A program made the translations under genes and the position numbers. Below the pieces are notes generated by a model. The model did no database searches and was not told the origin of the DNA. It worked only from the letters and a program-made list of their open reading frames with translations. A DNA stretch of 64,000 nucleotides, from positions 1-64,000 of IMG/VR virus record IMGVR_UViG_3300008954_000022; one strand, written 5' to 3'. The stretch's first letter is position 1; the number at the start of each line of letters is the position of its first letter. Source of the DNA: a virus. This document shows positions 1 through 9,644 of this stretch, one piece after another.

Positions 1-2
1 GG

Positions 3-902
3 GACCTGGTACTGCAGGGATCGAATAACGCTCTTATCTGCCTGGGCCAGGACCGAGGCTGGGGTGTCACCGACCGCCCAGATGGCACAAAGACCAATGC
101 CACAGATCCCGAGGACACACCACCACGGGCCTTCTCCGGAACAATCGACCTCGTCGCAGGACGAGGCAGGTACTTTGGTGATCCGGATGAGAAGAAGCCT
201 CTTCGGGAGACACGTCCCCGGTCTATCAAGAACGCTAGAGATACGTTTGAGACAGACAAGAATCCGACTGCTAACGGCGACGATGACGCTCTGGGTGGAG
301 ATAGCAAAAGAGGAGATCACGAGGAGAATCGTCTCTCCCATCCGGCTGAGGGCGACCCGGACTTTATGCACGATGCCAGCCGCGTGTATATCTCTATGAA
401 CACCGACGGTGATAAGAACTTTGATCTGGACGAGCAGACACCTGGGTTCATGAAGGACAATCACGGGGTGGCTGCTGTTGATGAGCAACCCTACATTGTT
501 GTCAAGTCGAATCAAATAAGAATTGTCTCCAGAAACTCAAAAGAAGAGTCAGGCGACTGGGGAGAGATTCCAAAAGAGGAGGGCTCGATCAGAATTATTC
601 GTCAGGATGAGGAGGCAGAGAACGTCTGCGCGATAGTTCTTCTTCCGGGTGGAAAGCTTCTCATCGACGCGAAGACAATTGTGATCGGTGATGGTCGAGA
701 TGGACAGATATTTCTCGGTGAGGAAGCCGAGGAGCCTGCTGTTTTGGGAGACACTTTGGCAGATATGCTCAAGACATTCTGTGACACAGCCAAGAACGAG
801 ATGGGAAACCAGGGTTTCCCGCTGGTCAATCTCAAGGCTGCGTGTGAGACCCTAGCTAGCTCGCTGGACAACTTCAAGAGCTCCGTCGCCAAGGTGAAGT
901 AG
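3..902 (+). CDS. Baseplate hub/spike protein (gp5/gpV-like), 5' partial
   Basis: The frame of ORF 366..902 stays open back to position 3 (DLVLQGSNNALICLGQDRG...), so the gene starts before the window. The C-terminus (IFLGEEAEEPAVLGDTLADML...FKSSVAKVK) resembles myovirus spike C-termini, and the gene lies upstream of gp25-like and gp6-like genes. Confidence 0.6.
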   Translation, partial: DLVLQGSNNALICLGQDRGWGVTDRPDGTKTNATDPEDTPPRAFSGTIDLVAGRGRYFGDPDEKKPLRETRPRSIKNARDTFETDKNPTANGDDDALGGDSKRGDHEENRLSHPAEGDPDFMHDASRVYISMNTDGDKNFDLDEQTPGFMKDNHGVAAVDEQPYIVVKSNQIRIVSRNSKEESGDWGEIPKEEGSIRIIRQDEEAENVCAIVLLPGGKLLIDAKTIVIGDGRDGQIFLGEEAEEPAVLGDTLADMLKTFCDTAKNEMGNQGFPLVNLKAACETLASSLDNFKSSVAKVK

Positions 903-2063
903 ATGCCAGTCAATCAGATACCCGAGCATCTGAAGCACCTGCGCTCCTCAGACACAGAGGGCGCAAAAACAGCTCAAGAGATAATCCAGGCTGATACAGC
1001 AGCCTTCCAAAACACCGGTCCTCCTGATAATAGGGATCTGAGCCAGCAGGAGCAGGACGCAGCTGCGGCACTATCAGCCGGCGCCGTAGGGGCTGCTGCT
1101 GCCGACTTAAGCTCTGGCGATCCCCCGGGTATAGGTACAGGAGCAGATCCCGCCGCCGGCGCCGGAAGCCCCTCAGCTGTGGCAGCTATGGGAAATGGTG
1201 TCTTAGTGTATATTTCCAACAGGCTGGCAACGATGCCAGGCATGGATGAGGACGATGCGAAGGATATTCTCAAGTGTGTCTTTCAGAAATTGGATGCCAG
1301 GGGGCCCGAGGACGACCCGCGGGATCCCATGATACTGTTACCTGCTGTGTTAGAGTGCTCCGGGGAGGTCCTCGAGGATGGAGGTGAGGACTTTTTTAAT
1401 GCGATCCAGGCCAAGGTGAATGAGGCTGTAGCCTTATCGGGAGGAGATCCCATCCCGGATGATCCCATGAATCTGCCTGTGGTCCCCCTAATGCCCTTTG
1501 TCAAGGTGATGATGGTTTTCGATCCCGCTGGTTCTGTTGATGATGTAGCGTCCCTTGAGTGCCTTGAAAAGATAATTGGTCCACTCCTTCGCCTATCGTA
1601 CCTCGTGATGCCCATTCCGCCTATTCCGGCGCCAGCCATTGTCCTCGGTTTGGGTCTTCCACTTATTCTAGACTGTTTGGGCTGGGGTCCCATTAATCAC
1701 TCGAAGATCGACGAACTCATCGCAGCTGTGGAGGAACTACCACCCCATGCTGTACCGGCCGCAATTGCTGCGGCTGCCATGTCAATAGCCAATATTGTCT
1801 TGGGCTACACATTAATTCTTCTCGGACTTAGTCTCGATGTCTTAACAGAGATTCAGACGAAGCAGATGCAGGGATCAGCGACACTAATGGCTGTGCCGCC
1901 TGTCCCAGGTTCTCCGCTGGTTATCGTGGCACCCAGTAGTCTGAAGTCGGTGTCAATGCTTAAGGACCCCATGGCGAAGGCCGTTTTTGCTTGGGGTGCT
2001 GCCCACGTTCCCCCTGTTGATCTGAGAATTGGGGGAATGATACCCTTAGTGCTGCCTTTCTAG
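903..2063 (+). CDS. Hypothetical protein with Pro/Ala-rich, hydrophobic C-terminal half
   Basis: 386-aa ORF abutting the previous stop (TAG-ATG); no recognisable family motif. Confidence 0.6.
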   Translation: MPVNQIPEHLKHLRSSDTEGAKTAQEIIQADTAAFQNTGPPDNRDLSQQEQDAAAALSAGAVGAAAADLSSGDPPGIGTGADPAAGAGSPSAVAAMGNGVLVYISNRLATMPGMDEDDAKDILKCVFQKLDARGPEDDPRDPMILLPAVLECSGEVLEDGGEDFFNAIQAKVNEAVALSGGDPIPDDPMNLPVVPLMPFVKVMMVFDPAGSVDDVASLECLEKIIGPLLRLSYLVMPIPPIPAPAIVLGLGLPLILDCLGWGPINHSKIDELIAAVEELPPHAVPAAIAAAAMSIANIVLGYTLILLGLSLDVLTEIQTKQMQGSATLMAVPPVPGSPLVIVAPSSLKSVSMLKDPMAKAVFAWGAAHVPPVDLRIGGMIPLVLPF

Positions 2064-2097
2064 AACAAACAGGTGCACTGACAAGTTCAGTCTGGCT

Positions 2098-2104
2098 ATA
2101 CTTA
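2098..2104 (+). promoter_or_regulatory. Putative late promoter motif ATACTTA
   Basis: Intergenic, ~25 nt upstream of the gp25-like start; the motif recurs before other structural genes. Confidence 0.5.
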
Positions 2105-2129
2105 GCCTTAAGCGAGAGGTGTATCGTCT

Positions 2130-2612
2130 GTGTCGTACTTAAAAAAATACGATTTTAGTAGTGTTGGAGAGCTGGATACCGACTTCCAGAGTCGTCGTAC
2201 GGCCGAGCTTGCCGGACGAGCTAAGCCTGTGGGAATTGAAACTCCCCTGCAGATGGGAGCGGATCATGAGGGCCTCTTTAAGATGCACAAGAACATGCAG
2301 GATCAGATCGCCGATAATTTTCGAAATTTGCTCATGACAAATCACGGGGATAGATACGGTTTATACGATTTTGGAGCAAATCTCTCAGAGCTCGCATTTG
2401 AGATGGGTACTGAGGACGGTGATACAGAGGCGATGAGAAGAATCGCCAGGGCAACAAAGAAGTATATGTCTTTCATTTCCTTGGAGAATTTTGAACCGCT
2501 TGTGATGAGGAATGATAAGGATATTGCTAGAATAGGAATTAGAGTGTCTTATAGAATTCCAAAGCTTGAGTCAAAGAGGCGCGCTGTAGAGGTAGTGTTA
2601 TTCTCAGTCTGA
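2130..2612 (+). CDS. gp25: Baseplate wedge subunit, gp25/GPW-like
   Basis: QIADNFRNLLMTNHGDR..YDFGANLSELAFE matches the gp25 pattern NL.NLLLT..GER....FG..L..LLFE; 160 aa; GAGG before the GTG start. Confidence 0.85.
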   Translation: MSYLKKYDFSSVGELDTDFQSRRTAELAGRAKPVGIETPLQMGADHEGLFKMHKNMQDQIADNFRNLLMTNHGDRYGLYDFGANLSELAFEMGTEDGDTEAMRRIARATKKYMSFISLENFEPLVMRNDKDIARIGIRVSYRIPKLESKRRAVEVVLFSV

Positions 2613-2624
2613 TGAGGTGTTTAT

Positions 2625-4472
2625 ATGACAGTTGACATTAAGAAAAAACTAAAGAAGGAGCGGAACAGAAGCTTTCTCGCAAAGGATTTTAATGCCTTTC
2701 GTGCTGAGCTCCTGAACTATGCTCGCACGTATTTTCCCGACAAGATTCAGGACTTCTCCGAAGCAAGTCTGGGCGGTTTGTTCTTGGACATGGCCTCCAT
2801 GGTCGGGGACACGATGTCTTTCTACCTGGATCACCAGTTTGGTGAGCTGAATCCTCTGACAGCGGTTGAGTCATCCAATATTGTCAATCACTTGAGAAAC
2901 GCCGGTGTTAAGATCGTGGGAGCGAGTCCTTCTTCTGTTAGGGTTAACTTCTATATTGTGGTGCCCTCGACGAGAATTTCTAGTGGAAAGTATGTGCCAA
3001 AGACCTCAGCGCTTCCGGTAATACGTCAGGGGACAGTGCTGAGATCGGATGCTGATCTTCAGTTCAATCTGACAGAAGATCTCGACTTTACAGCTACTGA
3101 CTCAGACGGCAATCTTCGAGCCACAGTATTAACAAAGACAACAAACACCGATGGATCACCTGCGACCTATATTCTGATTCGTTCGGGTCTTTGTGTGTCA
3201 GGCGTGGAGACAACTGAGTCTTTCTCAATTCCTAATACACACAAGCCATTTCGGGAGCTTGTGTTGATGAACGAAAGCGTTTCAGACATTATATCTGTTC
3301 GGGATACGGAGGGCAATGAGTACTATCAAGTGGAGACACTCTCACAGGATACAGTCTTTAAGGGAGTCCTCAATATGGGGCCTGATGGTGTTTTGGTGCC
3401 CATGAACTTAGAGATAGCTTCAGCACCCTATCGTTTCACTACAAAGCTCAGCCCTGTTACTCGTCTGACAAAGATAAGATTCGGATCGGGTAATACTGAT
3501 GCCCTGGATGATGATATAGTCCCAGATCCCAGTGAGCTGTCCCTCCCGCTGTATGGTAAGACGACATTTTCGAGATTTTCTATAGATCCCAATGCTCTTC
3601 TACAGACACACACCCTCGGCCTGGCTCCAAAGAATACGACAGTGACAGTGACCTACCGCTATGGCGGAGGCCTCGCACACAATGTATCTGCAGAGTCAAT
3701 TAGATTCATAAGTGATCTCAAAATGGAATTTCGTAGGGCACCTTCTATCACTGATGCTGCATTTGTTAGAGCGTCGATCGACGTTAAAAATCCCGACCCA
3801 GCTCGTGGGGGAGATAGAGCCCCAACGCTAGATGAGCTCAGGACACAGGTCCCATCAGCCAAGCAGATGCAGTCCAGAATTGTGAGCAAGCAGGATCTCA
3901 TATCGAGGATCTACACACTTCCCAATCGATTCGGGCGTGTCTATCGATCAGGGATAAGGCAGAATCCCACAAACCCCCTATCAACCCAGCTATTTGTTGC
4001 CAGTAGAAATGAGGACGGTGATCTTGATGTCTGTCCGGACTCGCTTAAGAAGAACTTGAGCTTATATCTCAATGAGTTTCGCCTGATCTCCGATGCGATG
4101 GATATCCTCGATGCCCAGATAATCAACTACGGAGTGAAGTTTGGTATTCTATCAGCCCCGGGGAGTAATAAGACAACTCTGATACAGACAGTCATCACCC
4201 GCCTAAGCGATGTGTTGCATATTAAGAACTTTCAGATAGATCAGCCCGTTCTTTTGGATGATCTTGTCAATGTTATCATCAACACACCGGGTGTCGTATC
4301 GCTTATCAATCTAGAGGTATCACCCATCAATGGGACAATCTCGGGAAGGAAGTACAGCTCTGCAACCTTTAACTTCAAGAACGCGACCAAGAATCGAATG
4401 ATTGTAGGACCACCCGGATCAATCTTTGAGCTGAAGTTTCCAGATCATGACATTGTTGGAACATCATCGTAG
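2625..4472 (+). CDS. gp6: Baseplate wedge subunit, T4 gp6 / baseplate J-like
   Basis: KDFNAFRAELLNYARTYFPDKIQDFSEASLGGLFLDMASMVGDTMSFYLD N-terminus, plus IRFGSG, VTYRYGGG..HNV, ARGG and QSRIVSKQD; follows the gp25-like gene. Confidence 0.9.
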   Translation: MTVDIKKKLKKERNRSFLAKDFNAFRAELLNYARTYFPDKIQDFSEASLGGLFLDMASMVGDTMSFYLDHQFGELNPLTAVESSNIVNHLRNAGVKIVGASPSSVRVNFYIVVPSTRISSGKYVPKTSALPVIRQGTVLRSDADLQFNLTEDLDFTATDSDGNLRATVLTKTTNTDGSPATYILIRSGLCVSGVETTESFSIPNTHKPFRELVLMNESVSDIISVRDTEGNEYYQVETLSQDTVFKGVLNMGPDGVLVPMNLEIASAPYRFTTKLSPVTRLTKIRFGSGNTDALDDDIVPDPSELSLPLYGKTTFSRFSIDPNALLQTHTLGLAPKNTTVTVTYRYGGGLAHNVSAESIRFISDLKMEFRRAPSITDAAFVRASIDVKNPDPARGGDRAPTLDELRTQVPSAKQMQSRIVSKQDLISRIYTLPNRFGRVYRSGIRQNPTNPLSTQLFVASRNEDGDLDVCPDSLKKNLSLYLNEFRLISDAMDILDAQIINYGVKFGILSAPGSNKTTLIQTVITRLSDVLHIKNFQIDQPVLLDDLVNVIINTPGVVSLINLEVSPINGTISGRKYSSATFNFKNATKNRMIVGPPGSIFELKFPDHDIVGTSS

Positions 4473-4482
4473 GAGATATTAG

Positions 4483-6033
4483 ATGTACCTGATAATCACG
4501 TCTAGCAGGGATGCATACATCACAAACAAGATCTTGAGCAACAAGTTTAGGGCAACAGACGCTAACACTGGACGCGCCGGCACCCTGGACCTCTTCAAGC
4601 TGTACAGTGAGTCAACAATTTCCGGAGAGACAGATCCTATTGAGCTCTCCCGGGCCCTGATCAAATTTGATTTTGACAAGCTGATAGAATTGACCGGCTC
4701 TATTTTGGATGTCAATCACAGCTCATTCAAGTGTACACTCAAGATGAAAGCTCTAAGAGCCGGCCAGGTGACGCCACAGAACTTTCGCCTGGCAGTCTTT
4801 CCCCTCTCACAGAGCTTCGATGAGGGTATTGGTCGCGACGTGGGAAGCTACGGTGATCTGGACACATGCAATTTCATAACTGCATCGTATGCAGATGGTG
4901 CAGTCGTGCCGTGGAAATCAACAGGTGCAGCTGCTGAGGGCTTATTGGGATCTGATGACATTGATATCATATCATCGGGAAATCTCAATGATGGCACAGG
5001 CGTGCAGGACCTCTTCCAAGTTCAGGTATTTCAGGACGGAAATGAGGATCTAAATGTTGATGTGACAACAGTGGTGTCAGGTATACTTGCGGGAATGATA
5101 CCCAATCACGGATTTCGTCTGTCCTACTCCGGGACAGAGGAGACAGATACGAAGACACGATTTGTCAAGAGATTCTTCTCCCGCCACAGCCGCCAGATCT
5201 ACAAGCAACCCATGATTCACGTGTCATTTGATGACACAATCCACGACCATCATCAGGGCTTTTTCTTTGACGTTTCAGGTTCTATCTTTCTGAATAACTT
5301 TCATCGCGGACGCCCAGCTAATATTGTATCGGGATCTGCTCTGACAGACTTAACGGGTGACGATTGCCTGGCTGTCACAATAATGTCAGGATCTTTCTCT
5401 AAGGTGGTGACAGCATCTCAGCACGTCGCTTCCACAACACCTGCTGCTGGTCTTCCAGGCGTCTACTCTGCATCTTTTGCAATTCCCATGAGTGAGACAT
5501 CCACAGTAATTTCTACTGATCGGGTTACAGATTTTGCTATTAAGAGTGGATCTCTCACTTTTGACGAGATCTGGCACTCCCTTGATGGGACTGTTGCCTT
5601 CTACACGGGAAGCCTGACCCTGGCAGCTCCAACCCGAACAGCTTCCAACTTCACTTCTCGAAATCCCTCTATCATTATAACAAACGCCAAGGGAGATTAC
5701 ACTCGTGGAGACAAGGTAAAATTCAGGGTCTTCGCTCGTGATCACGAGGCCGAGCGGGTTGCACCAAAGAAGAGGAGCTACGAGCGTAAGAGCGTGATCC
5801 TGGAGGAAGTCTACTACAGAGTTCGGGACACTCTGTCAGGTGACGTGGTAATTCCGTTCCAGAAGACCGGCAGCGGAACGAGGCTGTCATCGGACAGCGC
5901 CGGAATGTACTTTGAGTTTCACATGTCCAATCTGTTTATTGGAAGGGTGTATAGTTTTGAGTTTCTTATTGTTGACAGGGGTCAAGAGTATGTCATCGAT
6001 GACCTGGCACTGCGGTTTAGAGTGGATCCATAA
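4483..6033 (+). CDS. Putative baseplate protein with DNRLRE/CBM96-like N-terminal domain
   Basis: DAYI...NTG...L.L...SRALIKFD and NHGFRL patterns; AGGAG upstream; context. Confidence 0.55.
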   Translation: MYLIITSSRDAYITNKILSNKFRATDANTGRAGTLDLFKLYSESTISGETDPIELSRALIKFDFDKLIELTGSILDVNHSSFKCTLKMKALRAGQVTPQNFRLAVFPLSQSFDEGIGRDVGSYGDLDTCNFITASYADGAVVPWKSTGAAAEGLLGSDDIDIISSGNLNDGTGVQDLFQVQVFQDGNEDLNVDVTTVVSGILAGMIPNHGFRLSYSGTEETDTKTRFVKRFFSRHSRQIYKQPMIHVSFDDTIHDHHQGFFFDVSGSIFLNNFHRGRPANIVSGSALTDLTGDDCLAVTIMSGSFSKVVTASQHVASTTPAAGLPGVYSASFAIPMSETSTVISTDRVTDFAIKSGSLTFDEIWHSLDGTVAFYTGSLTLAAPTRTASNFTSRNPSIIITNAKGDYTRGDKVKFRVFARDHEAERVAPKKRSYERKSVILEEVYYRVRDTLSGDVVIPFQKTGSGTRLSSDSAGMYFEFHMSNLFIGRVYSFEFLIVDRGQEYVIDDLALRFRVDP

Positions 6034-9000
6034 TGGCTCGAGATAGTTCGTACTTTGGAAGGGGGAAAGCCCTCTTTTCACCGTCCGTCTTGAGGGAGCT
6101 GACATCGAATAGGTCCACTGTTGCCAATCAGACAGCAGCTCTCCACAGCGGCTCGATCCAGAGTAAAACAGGATCCTTTAGATACGACCCACCCCATGCG
6201 GGCGTCAAGTCAACACAGCAGCTGCCGGTCGACTGGTCCAAGTTCGAGAATCACACTTTCTTTAACTCGGCTGAGGCCAAGGTCAACACAGCATTCGATC
6301 AGATTATCAACTCTTTTCCATTCGATGGAACTCGACCGGATGTGTTAACATTCTATGATAGCCTCACAGGATTTGAGAAGTACGTTTATGACTCTTTTCC
6401 GAAGCATCGAGGTTTCCTCCACTTCTCAGGCACCCAGGCGGGTGAGGATCCGGAGAATCTCTTTGATGCTGAGCTGGGAACTCACATAAAGGTCACTGAC
6501 TCTGCGGGATCGTATTACCCTACCCTGGCCAGAAATCGATCGGGTGACCCTGCTATTGATCCGGGTACCAAGTCAATCTCGTTTGACTTTCATTTTCGGG
6601 TGCCGGACCTGGGTGTGGATACGGGAAATCAGGTGATAGCTCAGAAGCTCACTGGTAGTGATGGGTTCTCTCTGGTTCTCTCCTCGTCGACATCAACAGA
6701 CGTGTCATCGTCAATCATCTTCTTGGCTTCATCTGGCTCTCGATACGTGAGTGCCTCTATGTTGCTAGAGAAGGGTAAGTTCCATCATGTGTGTGCTACT
6801 CTAAATCGAACACCCAATATACACAGGATGCAGCTTTACCGGGATTTTGCTCTAATCGTCACATCTTCGAGAGTAGAGCTGGGCGATTTTGGCGTAACAA
6901 CTTCTCCCCTCCTGATTGGAAGTGGTACCAACCACGAAGCCGGCCTGTGGGATCATGATAATACAACACTAGAATTCCAACAGACACTATCTGGTACCCT
7001 TGATGAGTTTCGAGTGTTCCACGAGCCCAGAAGTGTGGGAATGCTGAAGAAGGAGGGGAACAAAACGATCTACCCACGCAAGGACCTTCGCCTGTATTTT
7101 AAGTTTAATGAGCCAACAGGATCATACACATCGAATGACCTGGTGTTGGACAGCTCAGGAAACGCACTTCACTCAACAATTGTGAATTACAACACAGACT
7201 TAAGGATTTTGCGGGGTCTGAGCATTCCGATCGTCAGGGAGTCTGATGAAGACTGCCCTGTCCTGTTCCCAACATGCCCAGATCTCGTAACACTCAATCA
7301 ACGTCTCCTCTCGTCTGCATCTGTGTACGATGCGAATAATCCTAATATGATCACAAAGCTCATTCCCAAGCACTATCTCCTGGAGGCCTCGCACTTTGAG
7401 GGTTTTGAGAAAGAGACAGCTGAGTGGGCGAATGACTACAGTTCCAGCAAGGATATGCCAGGGGGAGGAAAGCTAGGTTCACCCCAGATTATTAGTGCTT
7501 TCCTTTTTGTCTGGGCCAAGTTCTTCGACGAGATAAAGATGCACCTGGACCAGTTCGGCCGTTTGGCCTTTGCTGATAAGGTTCCTGAGGGCTCAATCGC
7601 TGATCAGTTCTTGATGTCCTTGGGAAGAGCACACGGTTTTGTCCTTCCTGACATGGCATCTGATGCATCCCTACCCCAATTTTCCGACGGTGTAGATCTG
7701 ACAGTTGACAGCATCATAAGTGACCGTCCGCTCAAGTACGTCCAGAACCAGATCTGGAGGAGAATCCTATCAGATATGGGCGAGATCGTCCGCTCCAAGG
7801 GAACGATACACAGTATTAAGACCCTGATGAGGGACATGGGAATTAATCCGGACAAGTCTTTCAGGTTCAGGGAATTCGGTGGTGCAAAGACGAGAAGGAT
7901 CTCGGATGTGAGGGACATCACATCGGAGGTGAGCACAATGCTGGACTTGTCCGGAACCTTCGCGAATGTGAGTCAGAACCTAACAGCACAGGGAAATGAT
8001 CTTAACAAACCCTTCATAATGTCACCCTATCTTTCAGCATCCAGAATCGAGCCAGGCGCCCCGAATGTCGTGGGTACAATGGTGAAACACCTATCCAGTA
8101 GCGATGGTCATCAGTGGCGGGAACAGAACTATGATTACAATCCGCATGGTATTTCTGACGAGCCTAGCGATGGCCTACTGACCTCGGGATCGTGGTCTTA
8201 CGAGGCAATCTACCAGTTTCCGTCGCGACGCGGCCAAATGGGACGCTCAGGATACCCACTAACTCAGAGCCTGGTTAGATTCTGTGTGACCGGCACCACC
8301 ACCACCTCCGATGCATCCGGCACCGGCGGCCTCATAATGAACCTTCTGGCATTTTCCGGAACTATGGAAGACCAGCAAACAGGATCACTGTCTCTCATTG
8401 CCAAGCCGACAATATCGGGAGTGGCACCCATGGTCCTTCCCCTGACCGGTGTTGACATCTTTGATGGAGATAAGTGGCACATCACCCTGGGTCGATCTCG
8501 AAACGATCTAACAGGATCTGTTGTGTCGTCGTCGTACTATCTCCACGCCGGAAAGATCAATGAGGGACGACTCACTGCGTATGAGAGTAATGCCAAGTAT
8601 TTCAACGATCACGGTGAAAGCACGACCTATAATCTCCTGGAGAACGTGTCGACTACACACAACAGGCAGGGCACATTTTTTGTAATAGGATCCCAGAGCA
8701 TATCCATGTCTGTCAATTCTAATCTTCTCAATAGGACGACCTACGACAGCATGTTCAGGCACACATTCTTTGCCGGCCGCATTGGTCATATTAGATTCTG
8801 GTCGAAGGAGATGTCTGATCGAGAGTCTCAGGAACACATTTACAATTTCAAGTCTCTGGGAAGCGAAGACCCACACAGTAATTTCAACTTTAAGACGACC
8901 AGATCCGGATCTTTCGGAAGACTCAGAATTGATGCTTCAACCGATCAGCCTGTCACAAAGTCCAATGTCGACGGGGAGATCTCAATATTTGACTTCTCAC

Positions 9001-9644
9001 AGGGAAACTTCCACCTCTCAGGCTCAGGTTTCGAACCCCTGAAGCAGGTGATACAACCAGAGAAGTTCAGGTACTCAATGCTGTCTCCCAACTTTGACCA
9101 GGCCCGTACAGGAAATAAGGTGAGGGTTAGAAGCTACAAACACAAGAGCAATGTAAAGAAGTATGGTGCCTCCTTTGCCCCAACCTATGCAATTCCACCC
9201 AATGAACAGCCCGTTGACGACACGAGATTCTCAATCGAGGTGTCAGGTATCCAGGCCCTGAATGAGGATATGGTCTCCCTGTTCTCGACCCTGGATCTGC
9301 TGGACAATGTCTTAGGTTCACCGGAATTGGTCTTCTCTCCTGACTACCCGGACTTAGTTGATCTCAGGGATATTTACTTCAACCGGTTGACTGACAAGGT
9401 CAACTACAAGAAGTTCTTCGAGTTCTTCAAGTGGTTCGATAGTACGATGGGAATGATGATTGAGCGGCTGGTACCACGAAAGACGAAGTTCCTGGGTGTC
9501 AACTTTGTCGTTGAGTCACACATGTTCGAGCGTGCCAAGTATCACCACGCCTACCACGACATGTATCTCGGTCCCAATGACAGACATGGTCTTAAGGGGC
9601 AGATTCTGATGCAGCAGTTTATAGCCCACCTCCGGAGGTTCTAG
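6033..9644 (+). CDS. Large baseplate wedge protein (gp7/tail protein I-like motif) with LamG-like domains
   Basis: IVRSKGTIHSIKTLMRDMGI wedge motif; LamG features FHHVCATLN, GTLDEFRVF, LYFKFNE...DSSGN, KWHITL, GRIGHIRFWSK. Confidence 0.65.
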   Translation: MARDSSYFGRGKALFSPSVLRELTSNRSTVANQTAALHSGSIQSKTGSFRYDPPHAGVKSTQQLPVDWSKFENHTFFNSAEAKVNTAFDQIINSFPFDGTRPDVLTFYDSLTGFEKYVYDSFPKHRGFLHFSGTQAGEDPENLFDAELGTHIKVTDSAGSYYPTLARNRSGDPAIDPGTKSISFDFHFRVPDLGVDTGNQVIAQKLTGSDGFSLVLSSSTSTDVSSSIIFLASSGSRYVSASMLLEKGKFHHVCATLNRTPNIHRMQLYRDFALIVTSSRVELGDFGVTTSPLLIGSGTNHEAGLWDHDNTTLEFQQTLSGTLDEFRVFHEPRSVGMLKKEGNKTIYPRKDLRLYFKFNEPTGSYTSNDLVLDSSGNALHSTIVNYNTDLRILRGLSIPIVRESDEDCPVLFPTCPDLVTLNQRLLSSASVYDANNPNMITKLIPKHYLLEASHFEGFEKETAEWANDYSSSKDMPGGGKLGSPQIISAFLFVWAKFFDEIKMHLDQFGRLAFADKVPEGSIADQFLMSLGRAHGFVLPDMASDASLPQFSDGVDLTVDSIISDRPLKYVQNQIWRRILSDMGEIVRSKGTIHSIKTLMRDMGINPDKSFRFREFGGAKTRRISDVRDITSEVSTMLDLSGTFANVSQNLTAQGNDLNKPFIMSPYLSASRIEPGAPNVVGTMVKHLSSSDGHQWREQNYDYNPHGISDEPSDGLLTSGSWSYEAIYQFPSRRGQMGRSGYPLTQSLVRFCVTGTTTTSDASGTGGLIMNLLAFSGTMEDQQTGSLSLIAKPTISGVAPMVLPLTGVDIFDGDKWHITLGRSRNDLTGSVVSSSYYLHAGKINEGRLTAYESNAKYFNDHGESTTYNLLENVSTTHNRQGTFFVIGSQSISMSVNSNLLNRTTYDSMFRHTFFAGRIGHIRFWSKEMSDRESQEHIYNFKSLGSEDPHSNFNFKTTRSGSFGRLRIDASTDQPVTKSNVDGEISIFDFSQGNFHLSGSGFEPLKQVIQPEKFRYSMLSPNFDQARTGNKVRVRSYKHKSNVKKYGASFAPTYAIPPNEQPVDDTRFSIEVSGIQALNEDMVSLFSTLDLLDNVLGSPELVFSPDYPDLVDLRDIYFNRLTDKVNYKKFFEFFKWFDSTMGMMIERLVPRKTKFLGVNFVVESHMFERAKYHHAYHDMYLGPNDRHGLKGQILMQQFIAHLRRF

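Noticed and set aside
64-399. 111-aa plus-strand ORF
   Set aside because: Overlaps the open frame 3..902, which is the more plausible gene.
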